A stretch of DNA of 63,167 bases, filler included, from Globobulimina sp. (Eukaryota): the NCBI GenBank assembly GCA_003354225.1. It is 47 parts of 47 records of this genome, joined end to end, with 100 filler letters (N's around TTAATTAATTAA, not from the genome) between each part and the next. Parts side by side here need not be neighbours in the genome. Positions count along the whole stretch, not along the records: positions 1 to 1,248 come from PIVH01020172.1; positions 1,349 to 2,595 come from PIVH01020173.1; positions 2,696 to 3,942 come from PIVH01020174.1; positions 4,043 to 5,289 come from PIVH01020175.1; positions 5,390 to 6,636 come from PIVH01020176.1; positions 6,737 to 7,983 come from PIVH01020177.1; positions 8,084 to 9,330 come from PIVH01020178.1; positions 9,431 to 10,677 come from PIVH01020179.1; 39 more parts are not named here. One strand, 5' to 3'. Numbering within the stretch: the stretch's first letter is position 1; every line of letters begins with the position of its first letter. The notes beneath the pieces were generated by a model that did no database searches, was not told the origin of the DNA, and saw only the letters and a program-made list of their open reading frames with translations. Shown here one piece after another: positions 1 to 12,124 of this stretch. The translations under genes were made by a program, and so were the position numbers.

Positions 1-17
1 GCGGCGAATATAAAAAC

Positions 18-56
18 AGGCTCACAAGTTAGGCTCACAACTTAGGCTCACAAATT
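18..56 (+). repeat. 3 x 13-bp tandem repeat AGGCTCACAANTT, probable transposon subterminal repeat
   Basis: Copies at 18, 31 and 44, about 80 bp upstream of the Harbinger transposase start. Confidence 0.75.
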
Positions 57-137
57 AGAAGTTTGGAAAAATAGAAGTGAACTTAAGTAAAAATCACAAT
101 TTTTGAGTTGGTACATCACAATTTTGAGTCAGTCATC

Positions 138-1230
138 ATGGATTTAGATGATACAAAAGAATTTAAATCATCATTAGTTGATGATATTTGTGATATTGAA
201 TCTCCTTTATTTTGGATAATATTGGATGATGATGATGATTCTATTTTATTATCATTGCAACATCCTACCACCAAAAATATGAAAACACCAGTCGGCCGTG
301 GCAATGCAAGGGAAGGAGCCAGGAAACAATACATATTATATCCTCCATCTACAATTTTTGAAAGAGTGTGTTTTTATGTGTTTCTGTGTTTTTCTATATT
401 TTTTTATAAAGATCCAAATTAAACCAGATGTGTATCATGCAAATGTGCCATTTAAAGTACCTGACTTTCAAGACATTATACAAGAAATGCGTGCAGAATG
501 GATAAAACCTCGCTATGGTATTAATTTTCGTACAAGAAAACATTGTATTGAAGCGAGTGTTGTTGGCACATTTGGCGTTTTAAGAGGTGGTAGAACTTTA
601 ATACAAAGCGAATCTTTTTGTAGAATGGATGACAGTCTTATTCACATTGATTTATATCGAAATGTATCCATAATGTGTAAAGTGTTGGAATATGAAATTA
701 CTTGGCCATCGCATGAAGAGCAGTTATATTTAATTGCCTTAAATGATGATTTTCAGAGTTGTATAGTTGTTGATTGTATGGATATCCAATTAAAAAAACA
801 TTTAAAAGATTGGTATAATTTTATTTTTAAATCATGGAAAGTTGGTACAGGTTATCGGAATTTATTGGCTGTTGATAACAAAGGTGAAATACGAGATTGT
901 ACAAGTATTCCTGCGGGATTTAACAATGATCAATTTGTGTTGGCTGCGGCCAGTTTCTTTCGTAAAAATGCGTTATTGCCAGGAACGACTGCTTTGGGTG
1001 ATGGCGGATTTTTTGGCAATGAAGATTTTCCAATGGATACACCGTTCAAAAAACCACAAGTTGCTGCTGATAATACAGGAGCATTGAGAATTTATAATCG
1101 TCAAATATCAAAACATAAAAATATTGTTGAACGAGTCAATGGAATATTGACTATGCAATGGCGAATATTACGTACAGAGTTTGTATACAGACCATCATTC
1201 TTTCCATTGGTTTTTCGGTGTTTACCTTAG
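138..1230 (+). mobile_element. PIF/Harbinger DDE transposase (DDE_Tnp_4/HARBI1-like), with intron 366..411
   Basis: Motifs VVDCMDI, PAGFNND, LGDGGF and YN...IVERVNGILTMQWRIL. Removing GT..AG 366-411 joins STIFER to IQIKPD in frame. Confidence 0.85.
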
Positions 1231-1248
1231 CTACAAGAATACACGGTG

Positions 1249-1348
1249 NNNNNNNNNNNNNNNNNNNNNNNNNNNNNNNNNNNNNNNNNNNNTTAATTAA
1301 TTAANNNNNNNNNNNNNNNNNNNNNNNNNNNNNNNNNNNNNNNNNNNN
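1249..1348. other. Artificial contig spacer (first of 46): N44-TTAATTAATTAA-N44
   Basis: Identical 100-bp unit recurs every 1345-1347 bp; TTAATTAATTAA gives stops in all six frames; contig lengths fall steadily from 1248 to 1245. Confidence 0.99.
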
Positions 1349-1399
1349 ACACTGCACCTTTCATCGCATTTGTATTATGCTAAAACATATAAAAAACAG

Positions 1400-2595
1400 G
1401 TTTAGCGCTTGATTTCTTTGAATTTAATGGAAAATATCGACAAAGTCATGAAGGCGTAGCATTATGGTTGGGTGAGAAGAGTTTTTTCTTTGACGCCTAT
1501 CTCGCAGTTGATCGTGTTACAATTCCTCAAATGAATATTCATTTATTATACGCCTTCGTATTAGTTCAAAATCAAACGGAGTTATACGCATTTTGCGTGA
1601 TTGATAACGGCGACGAACCCACACAAGAACAAGCATTGTCGCCCTGGTTATGTCACGATTGGTATGTATTGGACTTCCTTGCTGTGTGGTATGTAGATGC
1701 TTATTTTGATGTGGATCAATGCGATGAAAATGGAAAGGAAGCAGTAGAAAACGCTACCTATGACACATTTTTATGTTTTATAGATGTCGATTTTACCAAT
1801 GGGGCATACTCACATTACCAGGGATTGTTTGGTGTTTACGTACTGGATAACGAGACAATATTCGATGAGCGACCGGTGTATACACAACAGAGACTACTCA
1901 ATCACCCGGATGGTGACTGGCATATTTTGTATTACGATGAAGGCGATGCGTGGGTCATAAATGACTATATACCATCTCTCAGGAATGGCGGTGCTGTGGT
2001 ACTGTATGAAAGTATTTGTGCGCAGGACGTGGCCACACCGAATAACTGCAGTGAATATTGGCAATTTTACTCCGGTTATGAGGACATTGTAGAAAATGCG
2101 TCTGACGCCATTTTATTTGCGCAGTATTCCCCGAATGAGAATGAATGTGTCATACAGCCAATTGATACGACAGTGGACTATACAGAGAGTGTTAGCTTAT
2201 GCTTTGAGGATGGAAATGGAGTGTTTTATGAGAATTATTTGACGGGCGAATATATGCTAGCTGCTGCATTGTATAATGAGCGGCATTATTGGTACAAAAA
2301 TGATACGTTGGGGGTATTTTATTTGTTTTATGATACACCGAAACGGTTTTGGGTTATTGATGACACGTTGGGCGATGCGGAGGTTTCTTATTTTACTTCG
2401 CCTGATTTCGAAGTTTATTGTTTGTTATGGGATGAATATGAACCGTTTAACTGTGATATATGGTATTATTATTCATTGAAATTAAATTTGTCATATACTC
2501 AGACTATGTATCATATCAATTGTGTATTACCCACAGCATCGCCGACAGCAGCACCGATTGCGACGACTGACAGTGATGAACAGGGCGATGATGAT
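1400..2595 (+). CDS. Extracellular protein with repeated aromatic/Cys modules and PT-rich linker (partial)
   Basis: Repeated G.Y...Y......LYYD...WVI...C modules; PTASPTAAP; probable short introns. Confidence 0.65.
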
Positions 2596-2813
2596 NNNNN
2601 NNNNNNNNNNNNNNNNNNNNNNNNNNNNNNNNNNNNNNNTTAATTAATTAANNNNNNNNNNNNNNNNNNNNNNNNNNNNNNNNNNNNNNNNNNNNTACTG
2701 ATTTTTTCAAAAACTTATCAAAAAGTATTTTCATTTTTTTTATATTACAAAATCTTCGTGGGATTTATGCACCAGCAAATCACCAACAACAAAATGAATA
2801 TGTTTTCTGCAAT

Positions 2814-3170
2814 TTGTTGTATATAGATATAAATGCAAATGCTGAGGTGTTCGATAAGATCAGTGCCAAAAAAAAAAACCTTTCAAACAGCAAAAAAAAC
2901 CAGTACTTATCGGAGAGCCCTAATGGAAGAGATTTTGCATCGAGATACATTACAATTTTATTTTATTTAAGTGAGCAAAAAGATGAATATAGCGGCGGCG
3001 AAACATGGTTTCCAAAGCAAGAAATGAGAAAGGGAATGCTGTGCTCTTTTATGATTTCTTAAAAGATGGCAATGATTTCTTAAAAGATGGAATGCTGTGC
3101 TCTTTGATGATGTAACGTAGCACGAAGCTGTTCGAGTTAAAAATGGATTTGCTATTTTTGGTTTGGGACC
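2814..3170 (+). pseudogene. Disrupted prolyl-4-hydroxylase-like 2OG-Fe(II) oxygenase C-terminus
   Basis: RYITILFYLS...GGETWFP followed by frameshifted GNAVLF and T*HEA..V..G; local duplications at about 3033-3105. Confidence 0.65.
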
Positions 3171-3287
3171 CAATCAATTGATTAAAAAAAAAAACTATAG
3201 TACTATACTATACAGTAAATTAATAAAAAATGTAACAACACAAACAAAAAAACAATTAATATTTTTTAATAATTATACTTTCTGTTG

Positions 3288-3942
3288 TTAATAATCATTA
3301 GCTCCATAACTAACAACATCATGATCTCCATTTAAAAGTAACGTATATTGATGCCCCTTTTTCATATTTCTTAATCTCGATAAACAACCACAACGAATAA
3401 ACAACCACGATAAACAACCAATACATACCAACACCACAACGACTAATAATGCAACAAATAAATATGTATACGTAGATGTAGATTGCTGTGAACTATCATT
3501 ATCATTCTCATTCTCATTCTCATTAATCTCGTCATCTACAGCCATGGCCACCTCTGCGGTATTTGGTGCCTGCCATTTATTTAAATATAACGATTTTAAT
3601 TCAATCGACTCAATCTTTAACGTTTCAAATCCTTCTTCAATGAGATCAAAATATTCCGCCTCAGATAAAAATGGCGTAATAAATATGCCGCCGCCGTCAT
3701 CATAAACATTTTTATCTGGGTCGCCAATCTCCAATCTATCCCATAGAAAATCCAGTGGTTCATGGAATAATTCATCATCACACATACCATCGAATAATTG
3801 TACCGCATACTGAACAATCTCATGCTGGACCGGATCCTTTTCGCCGTTGAATAATAAATTGCTTTTTTCCGATACATCAATGCTTAAATCAAATAAATAT
3901 TTACCATCAACAGATTGTGACAAAGGAATATCCGCCGCATAC
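3288..3942 (-). CDS. Single-pass membrane protein, C-terminal part
   Basis: Acidic ectodomain, hydrophobic helix YLFVALLVVVVLVCIGCLSWLF, short tail. Confidence 0.65.
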
Positions 3943-5447
3943 NNNNNNNNNNNNNNNNNNNNNNNNNNNNNNNNNNNNNNNNNNNNTTAATTAATTAANN
4001 NNNNNNNNNNNNNNNNNNNNNNNNNNNNNNNNNNNNNNNNNNTTAATTAATTGAATGATGAGTTTCTGTTTATCGGTCACGTTCGTCTGAGCAACAATTG
4101 ATGCAATAACCCAACATTAAAATACTTCTGATTCACCACCATACCCTCACCATTACCCTTAAACTGTCACATTTATATCCTGTCCCATTTATAATCTGTT
4201 ATTGTTTAATAATTATTATACAGAAAAATTACTCATCAAATTTGAATTGAATAAAAATGATAAATAAAAGTTGAGTGTTCTAAATTTGCGATATTTTGTG
4301 TAATTAAGATGAAAAGAAAAAAGACAATGAGTGCAGGCCTTTCTTTCGCTGTGATTTAACAATTAATATCGTGTAAGTCTGATTGTTGAAAACTTACAAA
4401 ATTAAATTATATCTAATCCCATTCACGAGGCAAATTGCTAAAACATATCTGCTTTAAATATAATATTTAGATGACAATCAATCACCGCGCAATGCTCAAA
4501 TATGGAAAATGATGCGTATAAATTAAATGGTATGTTATTATATTTTGTATTGTGTTGTATGTTTATGATGATACAATTTATAGACCATAGCTTCGGTCAT
4601 TCTGAACTACAAATTGTTGAAAATACCAATTCCTTCACCTGATACTTTATAATTTACACACACATTTTTTTTATTTTCTACCTGAAAATATCTGAAAAAC
4701 ACTTTTTTTTTATATTTATACAGTGGTGGCGCTGATATGGAAGACGTGTACATTTATAAAATAAAATGAATAAAATAAATAAAAACAAGTTTAGTAATTG
4801 AATTGATATGAAATTTCGAATTGTTTTAAATGATGTCAACCCATTTCAACAGATTAGAGTCTCTGATATTTGTACAATTTAATATTTTTTATTTTGACGT
4901 TTAAAATGTGATGAAAACTAATGTTCTTATTTTGTTTGTTTGACAGCGCAAATGGAATTGGAATGAATTGCTCTCTTAAAATAGTAATTTTGTTTGTTTT
5001 GTTTCAATTATAAAATTGTATAGAAATTTCCTGCATTTTCTGATGACATTTAATATCAAACAAAAAGTAATGAATATTGGCAACAATATGTAAAGGATAT
5101 ACTAGTAATGATCGATGTGTATTGCATGTTTTATTTGTACTGTGTGAATATTTTATTTATTTGATTCAAACAGGATCCGTTTACATGAAACGTGCTCGAT
5201 GAATAATTTAACATTACAACGTGAAGAGATACAAAATGTATTGCTAAATTGTGAGAATATTGGATTTGAAAATGTTTGTTTTTTGATATNNNNNNNNNNN
5301 NNNNNNNNNNNNNNNNNNNNNNNNNNNNNNNNNTTAATTAATTAANNNNNNNNNNNNNNNNNNNNNNNNNNNNNNNNNNNNNNNNNNNNTGTTTAAAAGT
5401 GTTTATATTAATATATGTCGCCCAAATCTGTGAAAAATATATGAATT

Positions 5448-6605
5448 TTAGTACCGGGTATTGGTTGGATCCAATTGCAGCGCATTTTGATATGCTTCAA
5501 CAGCTTCCTTCAAATCCTCCGTCTCACCGTACAAAATACCGAGAGTCACAAAGCACTGTGATTTCAACTCATTATCTGTTTGACATTCCGCTGCTTTATG
5601 ATAAGCAGCAATTGCTTCCTTAGTTTTATTCTGATCCCTCAAATACTGCGCATACTCCATATAAGTGCCAGGATCATTGTCCATACTCATCATCGTCAAT
5701 ATCTTTTGTGTGTACTTCTCGGCTTCTTCATTATTCCCCATTTCTTTATACATTTCAGCCACAGTCTGCAAATATTCATAATGAGAGGGATCGGCAGTGA
5801 TTAATTTCTCATAATGGCTAATGGCGCGGTCATAGTCTTTGGTTAACTTATAGCAAACAGCAATTTTTGTGGATATTTGCTTAATTCGATCCCCTTTCAA
5901 TCGGGGAACATAACTCAAAGCCTTGGCATATTCTTTTATTTCATAACAAATAACAAAGAGAACATGGCACGTCGCGTCTGTTGCCACTGCATATTCACTT
6001 TCCTGTATTTCGCCAATGCCATATATCTCATCAATATGTTGCAGCAATAAATCATAATATTTGACGGATTCTCTGTGTTCAGCCGCAAAAAAACTGGAAT
6101 TCGCCATTTTTGAATAAAACCAAAATTGCCATTCATGTTTACTCCTCATTTGCTCTTCAATGCCTTTCAAAATAGTAATAACTTGTAAATGATGGTTGTT
6201 GCTAAGCAACGGAGGCACGATATGTATCATATTATGCAATACATTGATCCTCGTCAGTTTGTGATGGATTATATATTGTGCACATTGCTCATAATTGCGG
6301 AGAATGCATAAACAGTCAACATAATCATTGTGCCATTCATTCAATATGCCATTATTCGCAATCTCCATTCCTTGCTTATAATATTTCATTTTGTCATCAA
6401 TGTTATATACACAGCGACCAAATCCAATCATATTTGCCGATGTTCTAATTTTGGAAAATGGATAAGATGCAGAATGATGATACGATAGCAAACGGACCGA
6501 CGCTTTCTTGCCATATAACGACAAAGCCATTCTATAATCAATTGTGGTGTCAATATTATTGAATGCTACTCCAGCGTCTATACAGTATATATAATATACG
6601 TACAT
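5448..6605 (-). CDS. TPR-repeat protein (internal exon, partial)
   Basis: Tandem TPR consensus such as AISHYEKLI, AIAAYHKAAE, AVEAYQNALQLDP. Confidence 0.9.
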   Translation of the reverse strand: MYVYYIYCIDAGVAFNNIDTTIDYRMALSLYGKKASVRLLSYHHSASYPFSKIRTSANMIGFGRCVYNIDDKMKYYKQGMEIANNGILNEWHNDYVDCLCILRNYEQCAQYIIHHKLTRINVLHNMIHIVPPLLSNNHHLQVITILKGIEEQMRSKHEWQFWFYSKMANSSFFAAEHRESVKYYDLLLQHIDEIYGIGEIQESEYAVATDATCHVLFVICYEIKEYAKALSYVPRLKGDRIKQISTKIAVCYKLTKDYDRAISHYEKLITADPSHYEYLQTVAEMYKEMGNNEEAEKYTQKILTMMSMDNDPGTYMEYAQYLRDQNKTKEAIAAYHKAAECQTDNELKSQCFVTLGILYGETEDLKEAVEAYQNALQLDPTNTRY

Positions 6606-7216
6606 ATATTTGAGTTGTTTGTGGATAGAATATATTNNNNNNNNNNNNNNNNNNNNNNNNNNNNNNNNNNNNNNNNNNNNTTAATTAATTAANNNNNNNN
6701 NNNNNNNNNNNNNNNNNNNNNNNNNNNNNNNNNNNNGTGCCTGTGTCTTTTTTCCATAATGTTCCAATGCGTGCAGTTCAAAGTTTGTTAATGAAGAAAA
6801 AAGTTTACTGTCAACGGCTCAACTGCACACAGACTGTATATATATTATTATTTGTAAACTCGATCTAATATTCTTTATTTGTAAACTACGTGGAAATGAA
6901 GAGAATACAGAGAATACAGAGAAATTAGTGCAAATCAGTTGAGTTAAAACTAGTGCAAATAAATTTTATAAATTTAACAAAATTGTAACCAATTTACAAA
7001 ACAAACACAAAACAAATAAATTAAATTATAATGCTTTCTTGGACTAATAAAGGTCCTTAGAATAATATGAACTAAAACAAAAACAAATCATTGTTCAAAT
7101 ACTTCAATTCTAGCTGTCGCAGTTGACAGTGATCTGTGTCTGTATGAAAAAAAAACAAAAAGCACTCCAATAAAATTCATTTAAAAACAAAATAAAAAAA
7201 AAAATAAAAATTATAT

Positions 7217-7983
7217 TTACATGGCATTATTAACGGCATTAACACCCATTTCTCGAGTAATACATTCAGATAATTCTGGTGCATCATAAAAATCGATATC
7301 TTCAACAAAATCACCAATAATATGTCCATCCATTAATTCCATTTGATTTGGTTCATGATAGTTGAAATAGGGAGGAGTGGTTTGTATTGCTGGTAAATGT
7401 TGATTATGATTCATATTATATGGTGTATACCGAGCACCACTCACTGAATAATCCACACCACGTCGCATTCCATAATAATTGGGATAATATTGATCATAGT
7501 ATTCATTTTCTTCAGCTTCCGATCTACTTAATGCATCTTTGAAATGTTGCGATATTATTTCAGCAAATAATGCACATTTTACGTCTCTATTACCTCTCAC
7601 ACATTGTTCAATGTCCAATGCTTTATAATTATGCAATGCCACAGAATCACGTAATGCTTTATCTGGAATTAATGGCTTCGGCCCTGACAAATTGACTGTG
7701 GACGATTTTAATTCACTTTTAAAATAACACCAACTACGATTTACAATGTATGTTCTTTGCGTTTCTGACATAAAAACAGACTGTAAACACCATTCAATAT
7801 ATGAATAAATTCTCTCACAATGCATCGCGATAAATTTGCCAGTAAATTTATATGATTGCCCGTAAAACCAATTCCTTGAATTACCATAAAATTTCTTCAT
7901 ATGTGAAAATAATTCATCTGCTTTAATTTCAACATTTGGATCATTGAATTTTGCTTTATATTTTTTGCCTATTTTGGGTCCAT
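7217..7983 (-). CDS. Hypothetical protein
   Basis: Uninterrupted ORF of about 250 aa running to the contig edge; no recognised motif. Confidence 0.55.
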
Positions 7984-8085
7984 NNNNNNNNNNNNNNNNN
8001 NNNNNNNNNNNNNNNNNNNNNNNNNNNTTAATTAATTAANNNNNNNNNNNNNNNNNNNNNNNNNNNNNNNNNNNNNNNNNNNNAA

Positions 8086-9330
8086 CTCCACCATAATTTC
8101 AACATCCCCATCAATACCTGCAGAATAATAAAAGCGATCTACGATAACTCGCATTCTGCCATTCGCAATATCCCATTCATAACCAACCTCTACAAACTTG
8201 AAAACGGAGTGCTCCAAGGCTCTGTCCTGAGCCCCATCCTCTTTGCCGCCTTCATAAATGATATGATCTCTGAGCTGCAGGACACTGGGAAAGGCGCCCT
8301 CTCGCCTGACCCAAACAATCCAATCTCTTGCATTTTCTACGCTGATGATGTCATACTACTTTCCAATACCATTGATGGGCTGCGTGACCTTGTTGCTATC
8401 TGCGAAAAGCACAGCAAACGATGGGCGTACTCCTTCAACCCCAAAAAATGCAAAACCATCATATTTAATGATCCTTCAATTACCACCAATAATACTCACA
8501 ACTATTCTGCAACACAAAAAGCAATACTAACAAATGAATACTACCAACGTTTGAATAAAATAAACAATAAAAACCCACCAATGCTCTTAATCCAACCATT
8601 GCAAAATGACAGAACAATGGCAATCGACATTGATGGCCAAATAAACCCGTACCAAAATCATGACATTCCAAATGACATCCTGCAGAATTTCCGTGAGCAC
8701 TGCCAATATTTCAAAAATCGCATCTCCAATAAACCATTCCATATCATCTGGAATAGCATCATTATGGACCATAGCTGGGCCATCTCAAGAATGCATCATC
8801 TCATTCGCCTCAATGGCTCACCCCTAAAAATTGCCACGCATCTCCGTTATCTTGGTGCTCAACTGAGCTCATACAATGACACTAATCTCGTGTCCACAGT
8901 GAACACGAACGCCAACTTCCTCAATAAATTTGACAACAAAGCGAGAATGCTGGCCCAGCTCGACTTCAATCACGATTTTATCTCATTGGCAGATAAAATA
9001 CGAATTTTAAAAACTTTCTATTTGGTGTACACTGAAATTTTTGCACAAGTCCTGGACTGCAACACAATAAACCTAGCAGCGGCCACAGAAAAGCAAATCA
9101 ATGCCATCGCTCGCAATACTGGCATAAAAAAGTTCATTTTCAAGCAGTTCTCCATCTTTGCCGGGGTCCCCTCCCCATTGGAGCGCTGGACAGTGCTCAA
9201 ATTGGCGTTCTTTTGGAAGCTCTGCAAAAGCGACCCAATCTCCTATATGCATATATGGAACAACCCAACGAATTGCACAAAACACACGCTCTACAAACAA
9301 TACTCCGAAATGAAAACAAAATGGCTCCCG
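8086..9330 (+). mobile_element. Non-LTR retrotransposon reverse transcriptase (partial)
   Basis: GVLQGSVLSPILF, FYADD, FNPKKCK and LRYLG motifs; open across the whole contig; C-rich composition unlike host genes. Confidence 0.95.
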
Positions 9331-9432
9331 NNNNNNNNNNNNNNNNNNNNNNNNNNNNNNNNNNNNNNNNNNNNTTAATTAATTAANNNNNNNNNNNNNN
9401 NNNNNNNNNNNNNNNNNNNNNNNNNNNNNNCG

Positions 9433-10155
9433 AATTCCAATTATTTACAAAGAAACAACGTCCGTTTAGGATCATGGTGGTACTCAGCAATAAAAAATTT
9501 AAAATATACAGGAATTATAATGCAAAATAATACAAAAATAAGCACCAAATATAAAGATGATTTATCGCCAAAACATAAGATTGAAAATAAGATTGAGTTG
9601 ATTTCAGGAGTATTTTACACAAAAATTGATTTTAATGACGAAACCTTACAAAGTACATTCAATCAGAATGATTTTGCAAATTATTTAAATAATAATATTT
9701 TAACCAAAAATGCATATTTTAACAATGAGAGTTCACATTACAATGAGAGTGGATATGATCATATGATATTATATAAGAATATAAATCAAATAAAATCAAT
9801 AAAATGTTTTACAAATAAACAGTTTGAGTATATGGATAATTTAGATATAAAAGAATATGTTGATAATAAAATGCCGGACGAATTGCAAATATATCAACAT
9901 CAACAAGAACATGCTTTTATTTATATATCTGATTTATGCACCGATGTACTTTACAGACAAAAAGGAATTGCTACACAGATTTGGTTGAAATTATTTAATT
10001 TGTATGATAAAGGGACACGATTTGCATTTCATGTTAGATTTGATAATGAAGAGGCACATGATTTGTATTTTAAATTAGGATTTAAACATGTTGGTATTAC
10101 GCATGATTATTATGCCAAAGATGTTCATGCTTGGAAAATGGTGTTAATTTTGTGA
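9433..10155 (+). CDS. GNAT N-acetyltransferase (RimI/NAA-like C-terminal domain), partial
   Basis: YISDLCTD..YRQKGIA, HVR.DN..A..LY.KLGF, YY motifs. Confidence 0.9.
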   Translation, partial: NSNYLQRNNVRLGSWWYSAIKNLKYTGIIMQNNTKISTKYKDDLSPKHKIENKIELISGVFYTKIDFNDETLQSTFNQNDFANYLNNNILTKNAYFNNESSHYNESGYDHMILYKNINQIKSIKCFTNKQFEYMDNLDIKEYVDNKMPDELQIYQHQQEHAFIYISDLCTDVLYRQKGIATQIWLKLFNLYDKGTRFAFHVRFDNEEAHDLYFKLGFKHVGITHDYYAKDVHAWKMVLIL

Positions 10156-10320
10156 TTAATGAATTAGAAACTTTGTACATTAGACCTTCTTTTTTATGTG
10201 TTTTAGCAATTGTGTTTTTGTGTCACTTCAAATCACTTTTATAATAACGTTATTGTATATGGTCTAACAAACAACAAAGAAATATAACATTTAGTACTAC
10301 ACATTCATATAAGTGATGAT

Positions 10321-10677
10321 TCAAAAATGAACTATAGCGTCTTTCACGAATAACCCAATTACTGCTGCAATAAAAATACCGCCTGTCCAGATTGCTAAAG
10401 CCAACGTAAAACGCTTCCATGATGAGTTCCATCCCCTGATTGTTATGCACCAGCAAATTTTAAATCTATCATCAAGTTCCGCTAAATTTAGAGCCATTCT
10501 TCCAGCTTTTGTCGATGTTGCCTGATTCCAATCTAATTCCGTACTTATAACCTTTGCTAGAGCATCATACTCATGATTCAATGTATATAAGAATTCCATA
10601 AAACAAAGCATATATTCTTAAAATGCTTCGGGTTGAAATAATAGTAAGTTGTGTCAATGAATTGCTGTAGCAATACT
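10321..10677 (-). CDS. Membrane protein C-terminus (partial)
   Basis: ORF open to the contig edge, with hydrophobic terminal helix. Confidence 0.5.
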
Positions 10678-11188
10678 NNNNNNNNNNNNNNNNNNNNNNN
10701 NNNNNNNNNNNNNNNNNNNNNTTAATTAATTAANNNNNNNNNNNNNNNNNNNNNNNNNNNNNNNNNNNNNNNNNNNNTATAGTATGAACCTATATTGGTA
10801 TTGACAGAAATCAGTAAAACTAACAGTAGCAGCCATGGAGTTGTCATATTTATATGATTGTTTCGGGAAACAGCGGAGTGGACTACGCTCCGAAATGCCT
10901 TGTAGTTCTCTCAGAATTTCAATCCACCTCAACTAATTATAAAGCTAGTTTCAACTAATTTTAATTCATGAAAATCCACCTCATTTTTATTCATACACAG
11001 TAATTTTATTTCAATACATAAAAACTATATACGTCTGAGTTACGATCGTCGAATTTGCTCAAAATTTGCAAATTTACTCATTGAATTATTTAACATACTT
11101 TTCCGCACTAAATGCAGCATATTTCTCACCAGGTTATATGTTTTCTAACTAAAAACAGTAAAATTAACATCTTCAAGAAAAAAACCAG

Positions 11189-12024
11189 ATGACTCTCCAC
11201 TTTATCTTGCTGAACATAGGAACATTTGTGCTGTGTTCCAATTTATTGGACTCAGCAGAAAGCAATGAACGAATTGTGTATGGTACTTGTTACCAATTGT
11301 AAGTTAAAATATTATACGATTAATCTGTAAAAGCATTCAGTATTTAATTAAAAATTTAAAATATAAATAAGCAATAAACCAAATTCAGTATCAATTGTTG
11401 TATCAACAGAGAATCTAACCATTGACTTTGAGGAAACCTATGGATTTGAAAAATCAAATGGTCCCATTAATTGCATATGGTTTGATTCAAATTCTAAGGC
11501 TGAATCTGCGTCAACAATGGACACAGGAATAGTACAAATCAATTTTATTAAAAATATCAACAATGTACAACAATCCACACAAGATAAACCATCTGAAATC
11601 TTATGTAATAACCATAGGATCCACATTAATAAAAGGTATGTATTTAATATTTAATGCACATTTTATATATCCGAAGCATATAATAATTATATTATTTAAA
11701 TGCATAATACAAATATCATACTGTATTTCAGTCAAATTGTTTTTCATGTCACGCTGATAACCAACAATTATGTTTTCGTGTTGCAGCCACAAGAAGTTAT
11801 TCCACCAATATTTATATCATCACACCAACATATACAAATTTTTGTTTTTTCCGACACAGATATTCCTGCCGCATATCACGGAGAAAGTGATGTTGCACCG
11901 TTAATACCATCGATGTTTGGAATATCAGGAATTTGCATTGCATTCATTGTCGTGGGTGCTGTTATATATTGTTTCGGCGTTCGATATTCCCGATGGACTG
12001 AGGAGAAATCTGGCAGTTTAGCTA
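11189..12024 (+). CDS. Multi-exon secreted/single-pass membrane protein
   Basis: Signal-peptide-like MTLHFILLNIGTFVLC, several GT..AG introns, TM helix GISGICIAFIVVGAVIYCF. Confidence 0.55.
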
Positions 12025-12124
12025 NNNNNNNNNNNNNNNNNNNNNNNNNNNNNNNNNNNNNNNNNNNNTTAATTAATTAANNNNNNNNNNNNNNNNNNNN
12101 NNNNNNNNNNNNNNNNNNNNNNNN

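Noticed and set aside
4043..5289. Specific product for an apparent micro-exon gene
   Set aside because: GT..AG segments are visible, but no confident exon chain or protein family could be built.
8086..9330. Retron, DGR or group II intron RT
   Set aside because: QGSVLSP/YADD/YLG context is LINE-like; no msr-msd, template repeat or intron RNA features seen.
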